This document shows, piece after piece, positions 20,701 through 33,566 of a stretch of DNA of 64,000 nucleotides. This DNA is from Leidyana gryllorum EB-2025a (lineage: Eukaryota > Protista > Apicomplexa). The stretch is taken from positions 380,128-444,127 of the forward strand of contig JBLWGC010000035.1 in assembly GCA_048772705.1 (NCBI GenBank), given 5' to 3'. Each line of letters begins with the position of its first letter. Position 1 is the stretch's first letter. The position numbers were made by a program, and so were the translations under genes. The notes under the pieces are model-generated. The model had not been told where the DNA came from and searched no databases. It saw only the letters and a program-made list of their open reading frames with translations.

Positions 20701-23700
20701 TCATGCTTGGTAAGTCGACGAACTATAGAATTGAGAATATGGTCAGCTTCACCAACCAATAGAATGTCGCCTCTAAGGTGTGCGCCTTTGAGAACATCGC
20801 TTCCCGGCTCTGGAGTCGGAGAAACAATCTGAAGCAAGGCTGCAACTAGGCAGTTAGGATCTGGGTGAAGGATGGCCTGGAAGTCTTCTTCGGCTTGATG
20901 TCGCAGTTGCTTCTGTGTTGCAATGTCCAACAGATGCCCATCGATTGTTTGCAGCAAAGTCGCCTCCTTGGCGCGCAAACGATCAATCTCCCTCTGCAGC
21001 TCTTCCACTACTCTTGATGGGGGACCAGCTCGCTCGTCCGGGATAGCAGCCGCAGAATCCGTCGCCACGACACCCACCCGCAGGAGATTAGTGGATACAT
21101 CATCACCTGAATCAACCACTGCCCTGCCAGTTACACTTGCTTGAGTGGTGCTCACTGGCCGTTCCGCACACGTTGTATCATTCTCTCCGTCGTCCACCAC
21201 AACAGTTCCGGGTGGAGGCTCTTGCGTTTCCGGCGTGATCTGGCGAGACTTGCTCGGTGTGGTGTCGTCTTCCGCAGCCGGCGTGCCTCTGCCATCCAGT
21301 TCGGGCCCGCAGCTGCTCGCGGTGGTCACCAGAGGCGCCATTTGCGTGGAAGTGGAAGGCGCCTGAATGACCAGCGGAATGTCGCACATACTGTCGGAAG
21401 TGGACACGGCGAGCATTTGATATCCTCCGGTCCTAACAGGAGTGTCGTCCTCCTCTGCAACAAGAGTAGGAGCAACAAAGGATCCAGTGTCATAGCGATT
21501 GGCAGCAGCATCGACTGCATTCCCAGAGGGACTGACCGGCGACGGCGGACTAACGGGGAAGACATCGCGACCTGGGTGAGAAGTCACAAAGACATCGTGA
21601 TCAACACCGACGGTCTGAAGCTCGTCTCCAGCATGGACAGCTGCACTCATCTCGGCGTTGACCGCCTGACCATCACTGACTGATGATACAGTAGTGACAG
21701 TAGGAGGATTCCGAGCGATCTGGAGCAGAAGCGCAGACTTCTCGGATTCCCATCGTTCCCGTGCTTCTCTAATCTCGGCCTCGATGGTCTCACGTTCGGA
21801 CAAGAGGATACTCTTCTCATTCTCCAGACGAGTGGCGGTCTCCTGTTGCAACTCAATCTGCTGAGTGCGTTCCTCAAGCTCTCTCGTCCGTTCCTCGAGG
21901 TCACGACTCTGTTGCTCCATCGTTGTGCGTGTCTCCTCCAACTCTCGCTTCGCCTCCTCGAAGAGTGCTTTCGTTTCCTCCAGTTCTCTGCGGGCGCTCT
22001 CCAACTCGGCGTTGGACCGTGCGGACTCCTTGAGATCATTGATCGAAGTCTGCAGAGTAGCCACAGTCTCGCGCTCAGTATCCAAAGCGGTCTTAGTGGA
22101 CTCCAACTCGTTCCGAAGGGCGAGAAATTCCTCCTGCAGCGAAGCGAGCTTGTCGGTGAGAGCTTGCTTCTCGGCCTGCAGGTTGGAAGCATCCTTTGCC
22201 TTGATCTTGAGCTTTCGTAGTTGGCGGATGGCTTGGCGTTGGCGCCACCGTAGCTGTGTACGGATGATTCTGCGGCGGGTCTGAAGGTACGACCGACGCT
22301 GCCTGGCCATTCTCCAAGCGGTCTGTACTTTGGTAGCTGCCCGATGCAGTTTGAGATTCCGCACATAGCGCTGTGTGATCCAGCGTCGCACACATTTCTG
22401 GATGTGTAGAATGCTTGACCGTTTACGCTGCATCCGATGGAGGGCCGCTGCACGTCTAACACATCGCGTGATACGTCTCGCGGCTCGGTCCTCCCGCCTT
22501 CTACAAAGCTCCCTTTTGGCAAGCCACATCCTGACCTTTCGCTGTATGTAACGCGAGGCGTACTGCTTGCGGAGGTAAAGATCGCGTTCCATGAACATAC
22601 GCCAGGCAGCTTGCATCATGACGGCGTACTTGTGACGCAGTATGGTCCGCTGGCTGGACAGAATCTCATACGCCTCGTGTCTGTGCCGAACATATTTATC
22701 AGGTGTGAAGTGTCGTAACCCACTTTAAGAAGACCTTCGTCTCACCCACAGCCCAAGCGAACTTGCTGCCGTGTTTTGGCGGAGGAATCTTGTAATCCTG
22801 GTTCACAATCTCCATGAAGCGTTGGACCCGTTCCCGACTGTTCTGCAGGCTCTCGACCTCCTTGGCTCGACCCTATTGGAAACAAAGACCACACTTTCGG
22901 AAGTATTAACGCAGACGGAGGGGATCGAATTGAGTGGACCCCTCGTTGTTTTGCTATAGACCTTCACTTACCAAGGGAAGGAGGAGTGATCGGTACTCCA
23001 AGAAGAAGGACGAGTGCTCGTCTCGGACAGGGTAACCTGCACGACTGACTTGGACCGCCTGCAAGACACCAGCGTATCGCAGCTGTTCCGCGACTGATTT
23101 TCGGTGGAAAATGTCGGGTTTGTTGCGAGGGTTGGGTTTGACGCAGCGGATGAAGTGCGGAGACGTTTGTCGCACAGTGTTCATCAACGAGTCAAGTTGA
23201 GAACGGAATTCAAGTGATACCGAAGGCTTCTCTCGTTTCCTGTCAGAGGAGATGTATCTGTGCCGAAGACACTCACTGTTGACTCACTTTTTCGGATCGG
23301 CTGTGGCGCCGTGACGAATCATGAATTTGGTGAACAGATCGGCAACAAACGGCTTGCGTGAAGCTTGGATGGCCTCAATGACATCCGCGTGCAGCTCGTC
23401 TCTGTTCTTATCCATCCAGTTGGTGACGCAGTAGTTGACACTACCGGCGAAGTGGTTGATGCTGAACCATTCTGGTTTGGTCTTGAAGTAGGCAAAGCGA
23501 GGATGACGCTCATACACACGCTTCATTCGCTCGACGAAATTCTTCTCTGAACCCTTTGGCATTTTGCACTCGTCATCCAACATAGCCAGGATGCTGTCAC
23601 GACCAGCGCTGATGAGCTTCAGGCAGTCTTCGTTGTCCGGGAAGTCCAAAGGATCCCAGGTAATGCCCTCCTGCTTGTACAGTTTCTCCTCACACTCGAA

Positions 23701-25506
23701 GATGAAGTGATTGAAGAAGTGCTGTAACCTTTCGTTGGTGTAGTTGATACACAATTGCTCGAAGGAGTTCAAATCGAAACACTCGAAACCGAATATATCC
23801 AGAACGCCACAAGAGGCGTCAGGTTTCTCGCCAAATCCAATGTGTGCATTAGTCTCAGATACGATCAGCTTGAACAGGCAACCATATAGTGCACGAGCCA
23901 TTGCTTCTCGGACATCCTCAGCTTGACTCACGGTCAAATTCTTCCGTATGCTGTCCGTTTTTGTTCTAAGTACCTTCATTGTGCACGCGAATATCAACTC
24001 ATCCTGAGTGATCCCGAGGAATTCAGCACATCGTTCGGCATACTTCCCCTTGATGGTCGCCTCAGACAAGCAAGAAGCTTCACTGTTGCCCTCCGGCTCC
24101 GAGAACTGCAGATTACCCATCAAGAGGATCGCAGCAGTGGTCAGCCAGATTGATATCTGTGTGTCCGGGGATAAACCCACAGTCTGCATAGCCACTGCGG
24201 TGCGCACAAACTCGACAACATCATCAACACCCTTCAACGTGTTACAACCGGAACAGTCAATGTACCTGAGCAGCACCAATGAAAGATCGCCGCCAACCCT
24301 TCGCTCACCTCAGGCCTCTTAGTCCCGATAAATTAGGAAATTGTAATCGCACTTCATCTGTAATCTCAACCCCAAGACGCTTCCCGAGCTCTGCGTCCAT
24401 CACCAACTCGTTGTTCTCATTCAACCAGCCAGTACTGTCACCAAAGCACGATAACTGATAGAAGGCGTGGTAATTTCGCTCGTTCGCCAACTGACGACAA
24501 ACACGAACAGTCTCTAGCAGATAAGTCTGGATACTCGCGCCAACCAGCCGACCCCGCAATCCATCGATACCGTCAGTCCGACGTTCCAGAGCGAAAGCCA
24601 TTTCAATGAACTTTCCAAATCGTGAAGAGTTGTCATTTCTCAGCGTTCTGGAGACAGAGAAGCATTGCTTGAGCCGCAGACAGTCTGGAATACCTACTTG
24701 GCGTTTCCGAAGGCTTCCAGTAGAGGGTTCGACTGCAAAACTTGGTTCTCGATGGGAGATCGCTTGGAGAGGTCGCGAGTACCAGCCATTGCCAGAAGCT
24801 TCATGACAAACTTGGTGGACTCTGTCTTTCCAGCACCAGATTCTCCCGAAATAAGGATAGTCTGTGTAGGTTTAGATGATGAGTGAGTCGTCTGCCGTGG
24901 AGTACCAACCTGATTCTGAGAGGTGTGACACAGTCCACGGAAGGCGTCCATGGCAGTGCTAAATACATGGGGCTTCTTGTTTATGGTGTAGAGCTCCTTG
25001 GCCCCAGCCTCGATGAAATACTTCAAAGTCTGTGGAGAGCGGGAGAAAATGAGCGTCGAGTCTCATCAAATTGAGTGTCAACGGAAACTCAAGTTTGGAG
25101 GAACTTACTGCTTCGTCATAGAGCCCTTTGATGGTTTTGAACGGGTTAACGGCTATAAGGATGGGTCCAGTGAAGGTGTAGATGCGGTCGTCCTCGAACC
25201 GGTCATTGAGGGAGTGGAGGAGTGCAGCTTCGTGGAGGTGGGTGAGCTGGGTGAGGTCATCGAGTTGAGCAATGCCGTGCGACGTCATGTGTTCCTCATT
25301 TCTGTAGAGCGTGTCCAATGCACCTCGCGTCGTCAGACATACCGTAAGTGGTAGACTTGTGAGAGTTTGCCTTCTACATCGTCTTTATCGTGTCGTATAA
25401 TGACGTCATTCCCCTCCACGCGAACAACAGTCGCCTTCTGCCAGACCTCATCCTTGTCTGGAACCCAGATCTTGGCGCCCAGCGCAAGTGTAGGAGCAGC
25501 TGCCAT
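17790..25506 (-). CDS. MyoF: Myosin F (class XXII): SH3-like N-terminus, motor, several IQ motifs, coiled coil, GTPase-like segment, WD40 tail; multi-exon
   Basis: [23 protein letters not shown]-loop [45 protein letters not shown]; IQ-like motifs about 22250-22640; coiled coil about 21720-22200. WD40 exons 19303-17790 begin right after a good acceptor (ttttcttcag). The motor call is certain; joining to the WD40 part is inferred from the known apicomplexan MyoF architecture. Confidence 0.85.
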
Positions 25507-25572
25507 GGCCGCAATGTGAACCTGCGTGGAGCCAAAAGGTGCCAGCAGGATTTCAAAATTTATCAGGGAAGT

Positions 25573-28500
25573 ATGTCCACAACTCCGAACCCTGCCCAGT
25601 ATCGGTACCTAAGTCCCGTCAATGCGTCAATAAGGATTGCTAACCCTCCTCCGACTCGTCCAACGGCCCCAACCTCTCAAAGAAGATGGAGAACGCGGGT
25701 TGCACGGGTAACGAATACCGGAGGCCCTCTGCAAGAACCCCCAGACCATATTGAGCGTGAAGCAAAGGATAGACTTACAGCTACCCTCACTAAACTAGAC
25801 CTTCCGCAGCCTGTCATTATCGAGAATGCCACGTATGAGACCGACTCCAATGGACTCCAAGTTCACCCGCCCCAATGCATCCTTCCCAACGAGTTCCGGG
25901 CACTGAATAATGCTCCTTGTGGAATATTCAAGGGTAGGTTGTCCCAACACTGACCCAACTTCCCATCGCACTCCGGCAGATTTCTCTTGCTTCTGGTGGT
26001 TCAAGGAGGACTCCCTCAACATATGGCACTGGCCCTCAGCTTCAACTTCCAATGGGGAGCTTTCACAAGACCCAACTTCTGGAGACGTCTGTAAGTTCTC
26101 ATCACTCCTTCTCCTCACTATCACTTTGGGTACCACAGTCAGACTACCGCTCGAGGAGGATGGACTCTACTGTGAAGTGGCTGAAATGCGAATGGATCCT
26201 TCACTTATAACATGTTTACCGGAACTTCCCGAACTGCAGTTGGCTAATGCATGTTCAACTCAGCTTGAGGCCACAGGAGTGCTCACCAAGGACTCTTCTT
26301 CAATTCGCTATGTCTCCATGGTTGTTGTCACTCGCGGACACATCCAAAAGTATGTAGTCGCCGGAAACAGCGATGTGGGCATTGTCGACGCATTACCGGT
26401 GCCTCAAAGTCGAGTCAGTTTCGATGGCCCTTCGTTGCAGTGCTTAAAATGTCTTCCCTACACCGACCGAGCTTTCGTTGCTGGTAAGTCGTCAACGAGC
26501 CGAGCTAAGCTCCACCTTGGAGGGATGGAAGATAATCTCGTGCCCCACCGCGAGACGTCCCCCTCAATGTCTTGCCAATGGCTTCTGCTTGATCCTTTTA
26601 TCCGCGCCATGTCTCCTACCCTGCGTCTCTTCCCCTTTCAACTGGCTAACACACTGTGCCTCTGCAGACAAAGCGGGCCGCTTATGGGAGTACACAACAA
26701 GTTTCATCAAACAGGCATATTTGGAGGTCAATACTGCTCGGGGAGGCCGTTTGGAGCCTGTCGACCCTTCCCTCTTGAATACTTCTCTCATTGACAAGTT
26801 CCCTCTTCTCGGAAGTAGCCGCGGCAACCGGATCTCAGTCCAAGGAACTTTAACGAAATTGGTCGATGTTCGTCCGGTATGTGACTCGACATTGCCTCTC
26901 AATTCTCACCTTCGTTCCAGTTGACTGACAGAGTAAATCCCTTTCGAGAAAATGGATACATTGTGTCATTGGAAATTGACGAACAACGAAGTTTCGTTTT
27001 GGCATTGACTAATTATTCGGAAATCTTCTTGATCGCGGTACCGCCGCCCCAGATGACATTCGAGACAATTCGCAATCACACTTTGATTCGTATATCAGAG
27101 AATGAAACGCAAGTGCGACCCGATGCTTGGGTTACCCAATCGTCATTGATCAACTCCATAGTTGATGTGTCTGTCAAATCCACCAATCTCGGCACAGCAA
27201 CGGACCTCCGACCTGAACTTTTCGAGCAACACCCCTTGTCCCCTGGTAGCAATCGCTATGGCAGTCAGCTGGGAGCCCGGCCGAACACACGATTTGTCAG
27301 AGACCTGCGCGCTGGACTGCAAAAATGTGTCAAGGTGAGTACTCAAATCAATAGATACCCAACTGAGATCCAATCTTGTGTCAAAATCAGATCGTTGGGA
27401 TCCACTCTCTCGGAGGAGACACAGTGATGGCTGTACTGGACGACGGAACGAGATGCAACATGCGCTATGACTACATGGGTCACACCCGCGGGTGGATGAG
27501 AGGAGCCCTGGATGGTTCAGTGCCTACGATAGGCTCCAAGACAATGTCTCGAGTACTTGACCCCACATTGTGGCAATTGGTTCACAACCGTTATCAAGGA
27601 GTGGAGGTCAAAGATATGTGTGCCATGTTGGTGTCGGTGAGACTTCCCCCACCCGGCCTGGCCGAAGTTTCACGAGTCTGGAAGTGTATTGATGCGTGCA
27701 GAGGAGTCGTCAGGGCCGAAGAGCGTCGAGAACTCCTCAAATTAGGATCAAAAGAAGTTGTCCGGTCTTGGTACTCGAATCGGTGCGGCGGTCTCTGCCT
27801 CATGGATCTTCGGTGGATTGAAGAACCGGGAGGTCTCACAGCCAGCACGCTGCTGGCCCTCACTCCCGGACTACCGATGAACACCAACTATATCAATCAC
27901 GAGTTGGTCAAATGGTTGAGACATCCAAGAGACAACTCCTGGATAAGTCCCTCCGTTATGGTAGACATGCCACTTCCGGAAGAGCTACCGCACTTCGAGA
28001 ACGGCGCAAACCTGCCGGCATTGGTGCAGACTCTCCATCACAGACTGACATGTACTCTCGCCCTACCGCTCTGCGATGTCATCGCTGGAGAGGGGGAGCG
28101 CACAGCGTCCATATTAAATGAAGTATTGGCATTCGGACCTCCCCTGGAGAAGCAGCATGCTCTAACCGGCACACAGCTTCTTCCAGGTCCTCAGTATATG
28201 GGTCTGACACCTGCTCTGACAGCGATTTCACGAGTACGACCGGCCTATCAAGTATTGGCCGCCATCACTGCAGCGTCCGAAGCCATCGTAGGCTTACATT
28301 CGGAGCTCGTTGGACTCCTCAAGACTCGCCCAGATTTGGGTTGCGACGTTCCCCTCTCTGCTGTGCGCACTCTGCAGCAACAGACTGGTCACCCATTACC
28401 ATTGTTGTCTCAATGGGCAGCTCTGGTTCAACCAGATAGTGCCGGACCCCGAGAACCATTCCCAGCAGAGAGTACACAGATTCTCTCCCCGGAGTATCGA

Positions 28501-31500
28501 GACGCCACACTGTCCCTCGCATGGCAAGTTTTGGCCAACAAATGCGCAAGCTCTGAGAAGACTGTCACTCGCCATGATGAGCCCCTCCAAGTGGTGCCGA
28601 CGGTATCCGACTTCCCCACACACAGCCAGAGAGGGTCACGGCAAATGGACAGAACCCCAACAGCAGCTCTTCGAAGCCGACTCGGGGCAGCAACGGGCGA
28701 GGCAGAGCCAACAGGGACCCAGGCCACCATATACCTCATTTCTATGCTGCCCGTCCTCGCAGCCTTTGATAGTGCCGCCATTCCCGCTGCTCGACACCTC
28801 GAGAAGACTGATCCTCGCCACATGGCCCTCCTCAAGAACGTACTGAAAGTGTTGCAGCCATTCTTTGCGATGCCGATGTTCGAGCTCGAGGCCGGTATAC
28901 CCGGACAGGGGATCTCTCTCACTCGACAGCCCGTGAAGAAGTCTCCACAGTCACCCTCTGGGAATAACAATAATATGGTCTCTCCTCCCACTGCGAGTAC
29001 GGCCTCAGATGACGAGAACTCACGCAGTCGGAAACGACGGGCTGACGAGGCGTTGACTCCGATGAACGCAGCGAAGAGACGTCAGGGTTTGACACATCAG
29101 ACTTTGGACTCAAACCGTCCAGCGTTCACTTTCACCGATGCGAATGGGTCTCAATGCCCAGTGGACCTCAGACTGAAGTTACGTTTCACCAAGAGAGAAC
29201 TCCAGATTGCCCATCAAGCCATGGAGAGTTTGATGCTCGGTTTGGAACGATATGAGACACAGATGGGAGTCCTCAATGCTCCAGAATTGCGTAAGCGTCT
29301 TTTCGGAGAAGCCGAAGATTGGGTAAGTGTAGAGGTTCCATTTGTCTTTCTCGTCATCACACACCTAACCTTCAGCGAGCTCTCCGGAAATATATGAGAT
29401 GTGCAACTGAGCTCTTCGCCTTCTTCAGCGCTTTGGCTGACGGCCTCACTCGATACGCTCAACACGCCGGCAACGTCTTGGCAATAGGGGACCAAGCCAT
29501 CCGGCTAGTCGATCCAGCGGTGTTCGACGCGCTGGCCACCCAAACGTTCCACGACTAGTGAGTTGTTCCCTCTTGCAGTCCCTCACTCACATTCAATTGT
29601 AGTCTACATGAAGTCACCAGTTCGGGTCTCATCGTCTCCCTGAAGCGGTGGCTGGAATCAGAGCTCGATGGTGGAATCATCTCTCTGGTATCACCCTCGG
29701 ACCTCTTGCTGGCCGCCCCCAGCCTGTTTGGGCCCACTTATCTCTACTGGCAAGCGGCATTGGAGCCTTTGAGGTGTCTAACAACAGCGATTGCCAGTTG
29801 CGAAGGCGAACGTCGAGCTCTACTCCATCAGCAACTGACTGCGAACGAGCGCATGGCCCAACGGCCGTCGTCTGGGGAGCGGAGCACTGAGCCAACTTCA
29901 GACGGGGTGCAACCATCCGGCCAAAGGTTGGGCCCGGTCAGCAATGCACCTCGACAAATTGCTGCGGGGCCATACCGTCCACATACTGCTACCAGTACCG
30001 CATTGGTACGGATCGGCTCGAATTCAGGAGCCTTGATGGCCAGTGGAGGGGAAGAAGAAGGCGGAGGAATAGTACCAATGCTGGAGTATATGTGGAATGA
30101 GTGGATGACAAAGCGTCCTGACCTCCGTCGCGACCTCAAATTGTGTCTCCCATTGCCAAGTTTCCTTGAAAGTGGAAAGAATGGGAGACCAAACTTTGAT
30201 GTGTTCCAGGAGGGTGCCGAGGGACCGCGAATGGAACTGAGACTGCACGTCCTCAAAGCTCTGTTCAGTTTGATCAGTTTGCCTAACGGAGGGTTCACTG
30301 GAGACAATCCGTCGGTCGAGACTCTGATTGACACTTTGTTCGAGCTCCACTCCTTCGAGTAAGTGCGATCGACCAACGCTCTCCGTCAACTTTTTCTTGT
30401 TGCTGCAGTGCTGTGGCGCTTATAATGGCTGTTTGGTGTCATTATGTCATCCGAGGCGATGTTGAGTGGCAGACGGGGAAGAAGAGTATTGACCCAATTC
30501 CCAAGCGAGTCAACGTGAAACTGACTGCTCTATATAATCGGCTAAAGACGATCAGTGACCACAGTAAGTTCCGGGGCAGCGTGTGATTAGAGATTGCGTG
30601 TTCTCTCTAGCGGATGATTGGCTCGGTCGGGACCTGGCTGAAGCGATGGTGGTGCAGTTTACACAGATTGGATTGCCATCGCTTGCGAGACTTTACAACT
30701 GGTATACCGAGAAGTGTATGAATTCTGGTCAACCCACAAATATCTCGGAAGTGGACAACTTCTGTGCCGCGTTCGACCTGAGCAAAGGAAGCATAGAAGA
30801 AGGAATGGCACATGCCACCTTTTTCTGGATGGTGGCTAACGGTGGCGGAGGCTCTTTCCCGAGACCTTTGGGATCTTTACAGAGTCACTGGCTGACAAAG
30901 TGGCTGGAGAGACTGCCCATCACAGCGCAGGCCAGTGGCGAGCAGTACTCTGTCAAGGTGGCAATTGCTGTGGCCGACTTTTACCTATTGGAGCAAAGTT
31001 ATGCCAAAGCCCAGGAACATTTGGAGCGACTCATTTGTGATCACCCGAGGTGGCTTACGAGTCCGATGGATCGCAACGTTCTGGCCAGACTGAGCTTGCA
31101 GAACGTTGGAGAACATCAGCCTCGGAAAGAGTATCCAATAAAGGCTCCGAGTATCAAGCGAGGGCTCGTGGAAAGGGATTTGCACGAGTCCTTCAAGGAT
31201 AAGTTTAGAATCATGTGGTACGCCGCAGTCGATCCGATGACGAAGATGGCTGCTGCCAAGAACAACAATCCTATCGCACAGAACAGAACCGCTATTGCGG
31301 TGGATTGGAAACTGACCGAACGATTCTATCATGTTCTGCGGAGAGTCGGAGAGCTGCCATTGGACGTCCGTGAACGTCTGGTTGAGAAGGCTCTGATGGC
31401 TGCTCACGAAGCCAGCCGCACTCATACATTGGCTCAATCCTTTGGAGTTCCCCCCACTACAGTGTCGTCGGTTGATACTTCAGCGGAGATTCGTGCACGA

Positions 31501-33426
31501 GTACTGCTCCAAGGCGAGGCCTTGGATGAAGTGTTGAGCTTTGTCTGTATGCTGACGACTGTGGACCCTGACCTCAACCGGATGATATTCGAGTTGGTGG
31601 TGGAGTTCTCAGAGGGCCCCAAAGTGGTGCCTCCTCGCGAGATGTCCAGACGAAAGGGTTTGGTGACCAACACGATCAACTTTGTGGTGTCTCTGATCCA
31701 TAGCGTATATAAGAGTTTCAATGTACTCTTCGATACGTACTGCAACTACATGTTGGCCAACCGCTCGTTCGGAGCCTGTCCTTCTCTGACACTTTACGAA
31801 ATATATAGAGCCATGCCCAACGAGAGCCGGCGACAGCTGTCACTCAGCAATCTGTCGAGGCTGTATCCGGGAGTGGATAACCCCGAGATCGTTGTCGAGT
31901 TTGCTGCGATACTCCCCACCTTCGAGTTCTGTGTTCCCATGATACGGTCGTCTAGAGGCACTGGAGTATTTGAGCATACGGTATGTGGACAGAAGGCAAT
32001 CTCTTCACCTCAAAATCCAATTTCCCTCAGGCCTATCGATTGTGGAACACCTTTGCTGACCATATCACCCCGGCCAGAACTGACCTTCTTTTCCCACGAG
32101 AGGATAAGCCACAGACGGTTACCGTCTCCACCATTGGCTTCTTGTTGATGGATCGGACGCTTCGCAGATGCTATACCAATAATCAATTGCGAACTATCCT
32201 GGATAAGGCGCTAATCGACTACTTTGTGGAACCTAACTATAGTCATTCCCAAAGGTTGAGCAAATTAGTTAACCCTTTCGGAGTTCCACTCAACTTCGGC
32301 CCCGCCATCCCCCTTCCTACTGTGGTCGTCGGTTGCGTCACAGGGTTTGCCTACGATGCCATTGGCAGAGACTACTTTTGGGATATCATCAACCTCGTCA
32401 GAAGTCCCCAAACTGGCTCCCGACTCGACTCGGTGGTGAAAGTCACCATGGACCCCCACAGAGTTTTGGGAGTTTTCTATCCCGCCTCTCTGTGGACTCT
32501 GGGCTTAGCAGAGGGCTTGAACACCTTGACACTTCTGCTGAATCACGCGCTGGGAGGTCCCGAGTTTATGCCCGCAGGAATCTCCACTTCACTGCTCGGG
32601 CATTTAGCGAAAGTCTCAGATGTAAGTTGATCGCTCGCGATGTTCTCGTTATGACTTTTGTGTTTCTCAGTGGATGGATGTCACCGTGCCGCTGAAGGAC
32701 GATACTGTCGAGCATATGAGGATCACTGAGGTGGTGCACTGTTTCTTGATGGCCATTCGGGATACTTGCTCACTCCTTGAGTGGTTTGTGACTGTCGGTC
32801 TGCCCTGCTTCGAGATCGCTGAGCGGCTCAGCGGACCGAACTCCGTCCTTGTCCTGGGTGCCACGGTGGGCCTGGTGCCGACCTCCACTTTCGGTGGAGA
32901 GGGTCGGGGAGGCTCAGCCAGCAGTGCTCAAGTGCAGTCTCTCAAGATCTTGAACGACCAATATGGAGAGGTTCCTATGGAGGCGGTCACCTTCTTCGAT
33001 GCTCTCAATGAGTGGAAACGGGTCAACGCCCACCACATTCAAAGGCCATCGAGTGGTGATGGAGGTGCGGAAGGCCCATCTTCGCCCCTGCAGAAGGCTG
33101 AGAATCAAGTGCGAGATCACAATGATGATTTGGCTCGGTCATGCGGATGGCGCAATCTCGGCTACAGGATACAAAGTACGGCAGAGAAGTTGTTGGCCAT
33201 TTGGGATACGAATGTATATCTGGAGGCAATTCGGTCTATTCGCAGGATAGGGGGTAATTCGTCCTGTGTGTCGCATTTGGAGGAGTTGATGGAGTTGACG
33301 AGCTCTCAGATAGCTCGGATTGGTTCGAATCTCTTACCAGCGTTGATGGCTTATAACAAGCTTCTGGATCTGCATGCCGAAACGGTTCATCGAGGCAGTT
33401 TGTTCGGACCTCTGCGTTTCACTTGA
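25573..33426 (+). CDS. NUP155: Nucleoporin Nup155/Nup170-like; multi-exon
   Basis: Ordered matches to Nup155 propeller motifs: P.EF...CGIF...WW..DSLNIWHW; RAFVADKAGRLWEY; IVSLEIDEQRSFVLALT; VMAVLDDGTR; LVSVRLPPPG; then a long helical region. Exons continue on + to 33426. Confidence 0.72.
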
Positions 33427-33566
33427 TCATAGTCTGCATAGGTCAAACCCCTTTTTTCTTCACCCTCTCTTTAGCTAGGACACGCACGTCTCTTCCCTTC
33501 ACAGCGACGACGAGCACATCTGATTACACAACAGCGAATCATAATATCAACTGAGCTTCAGACACC

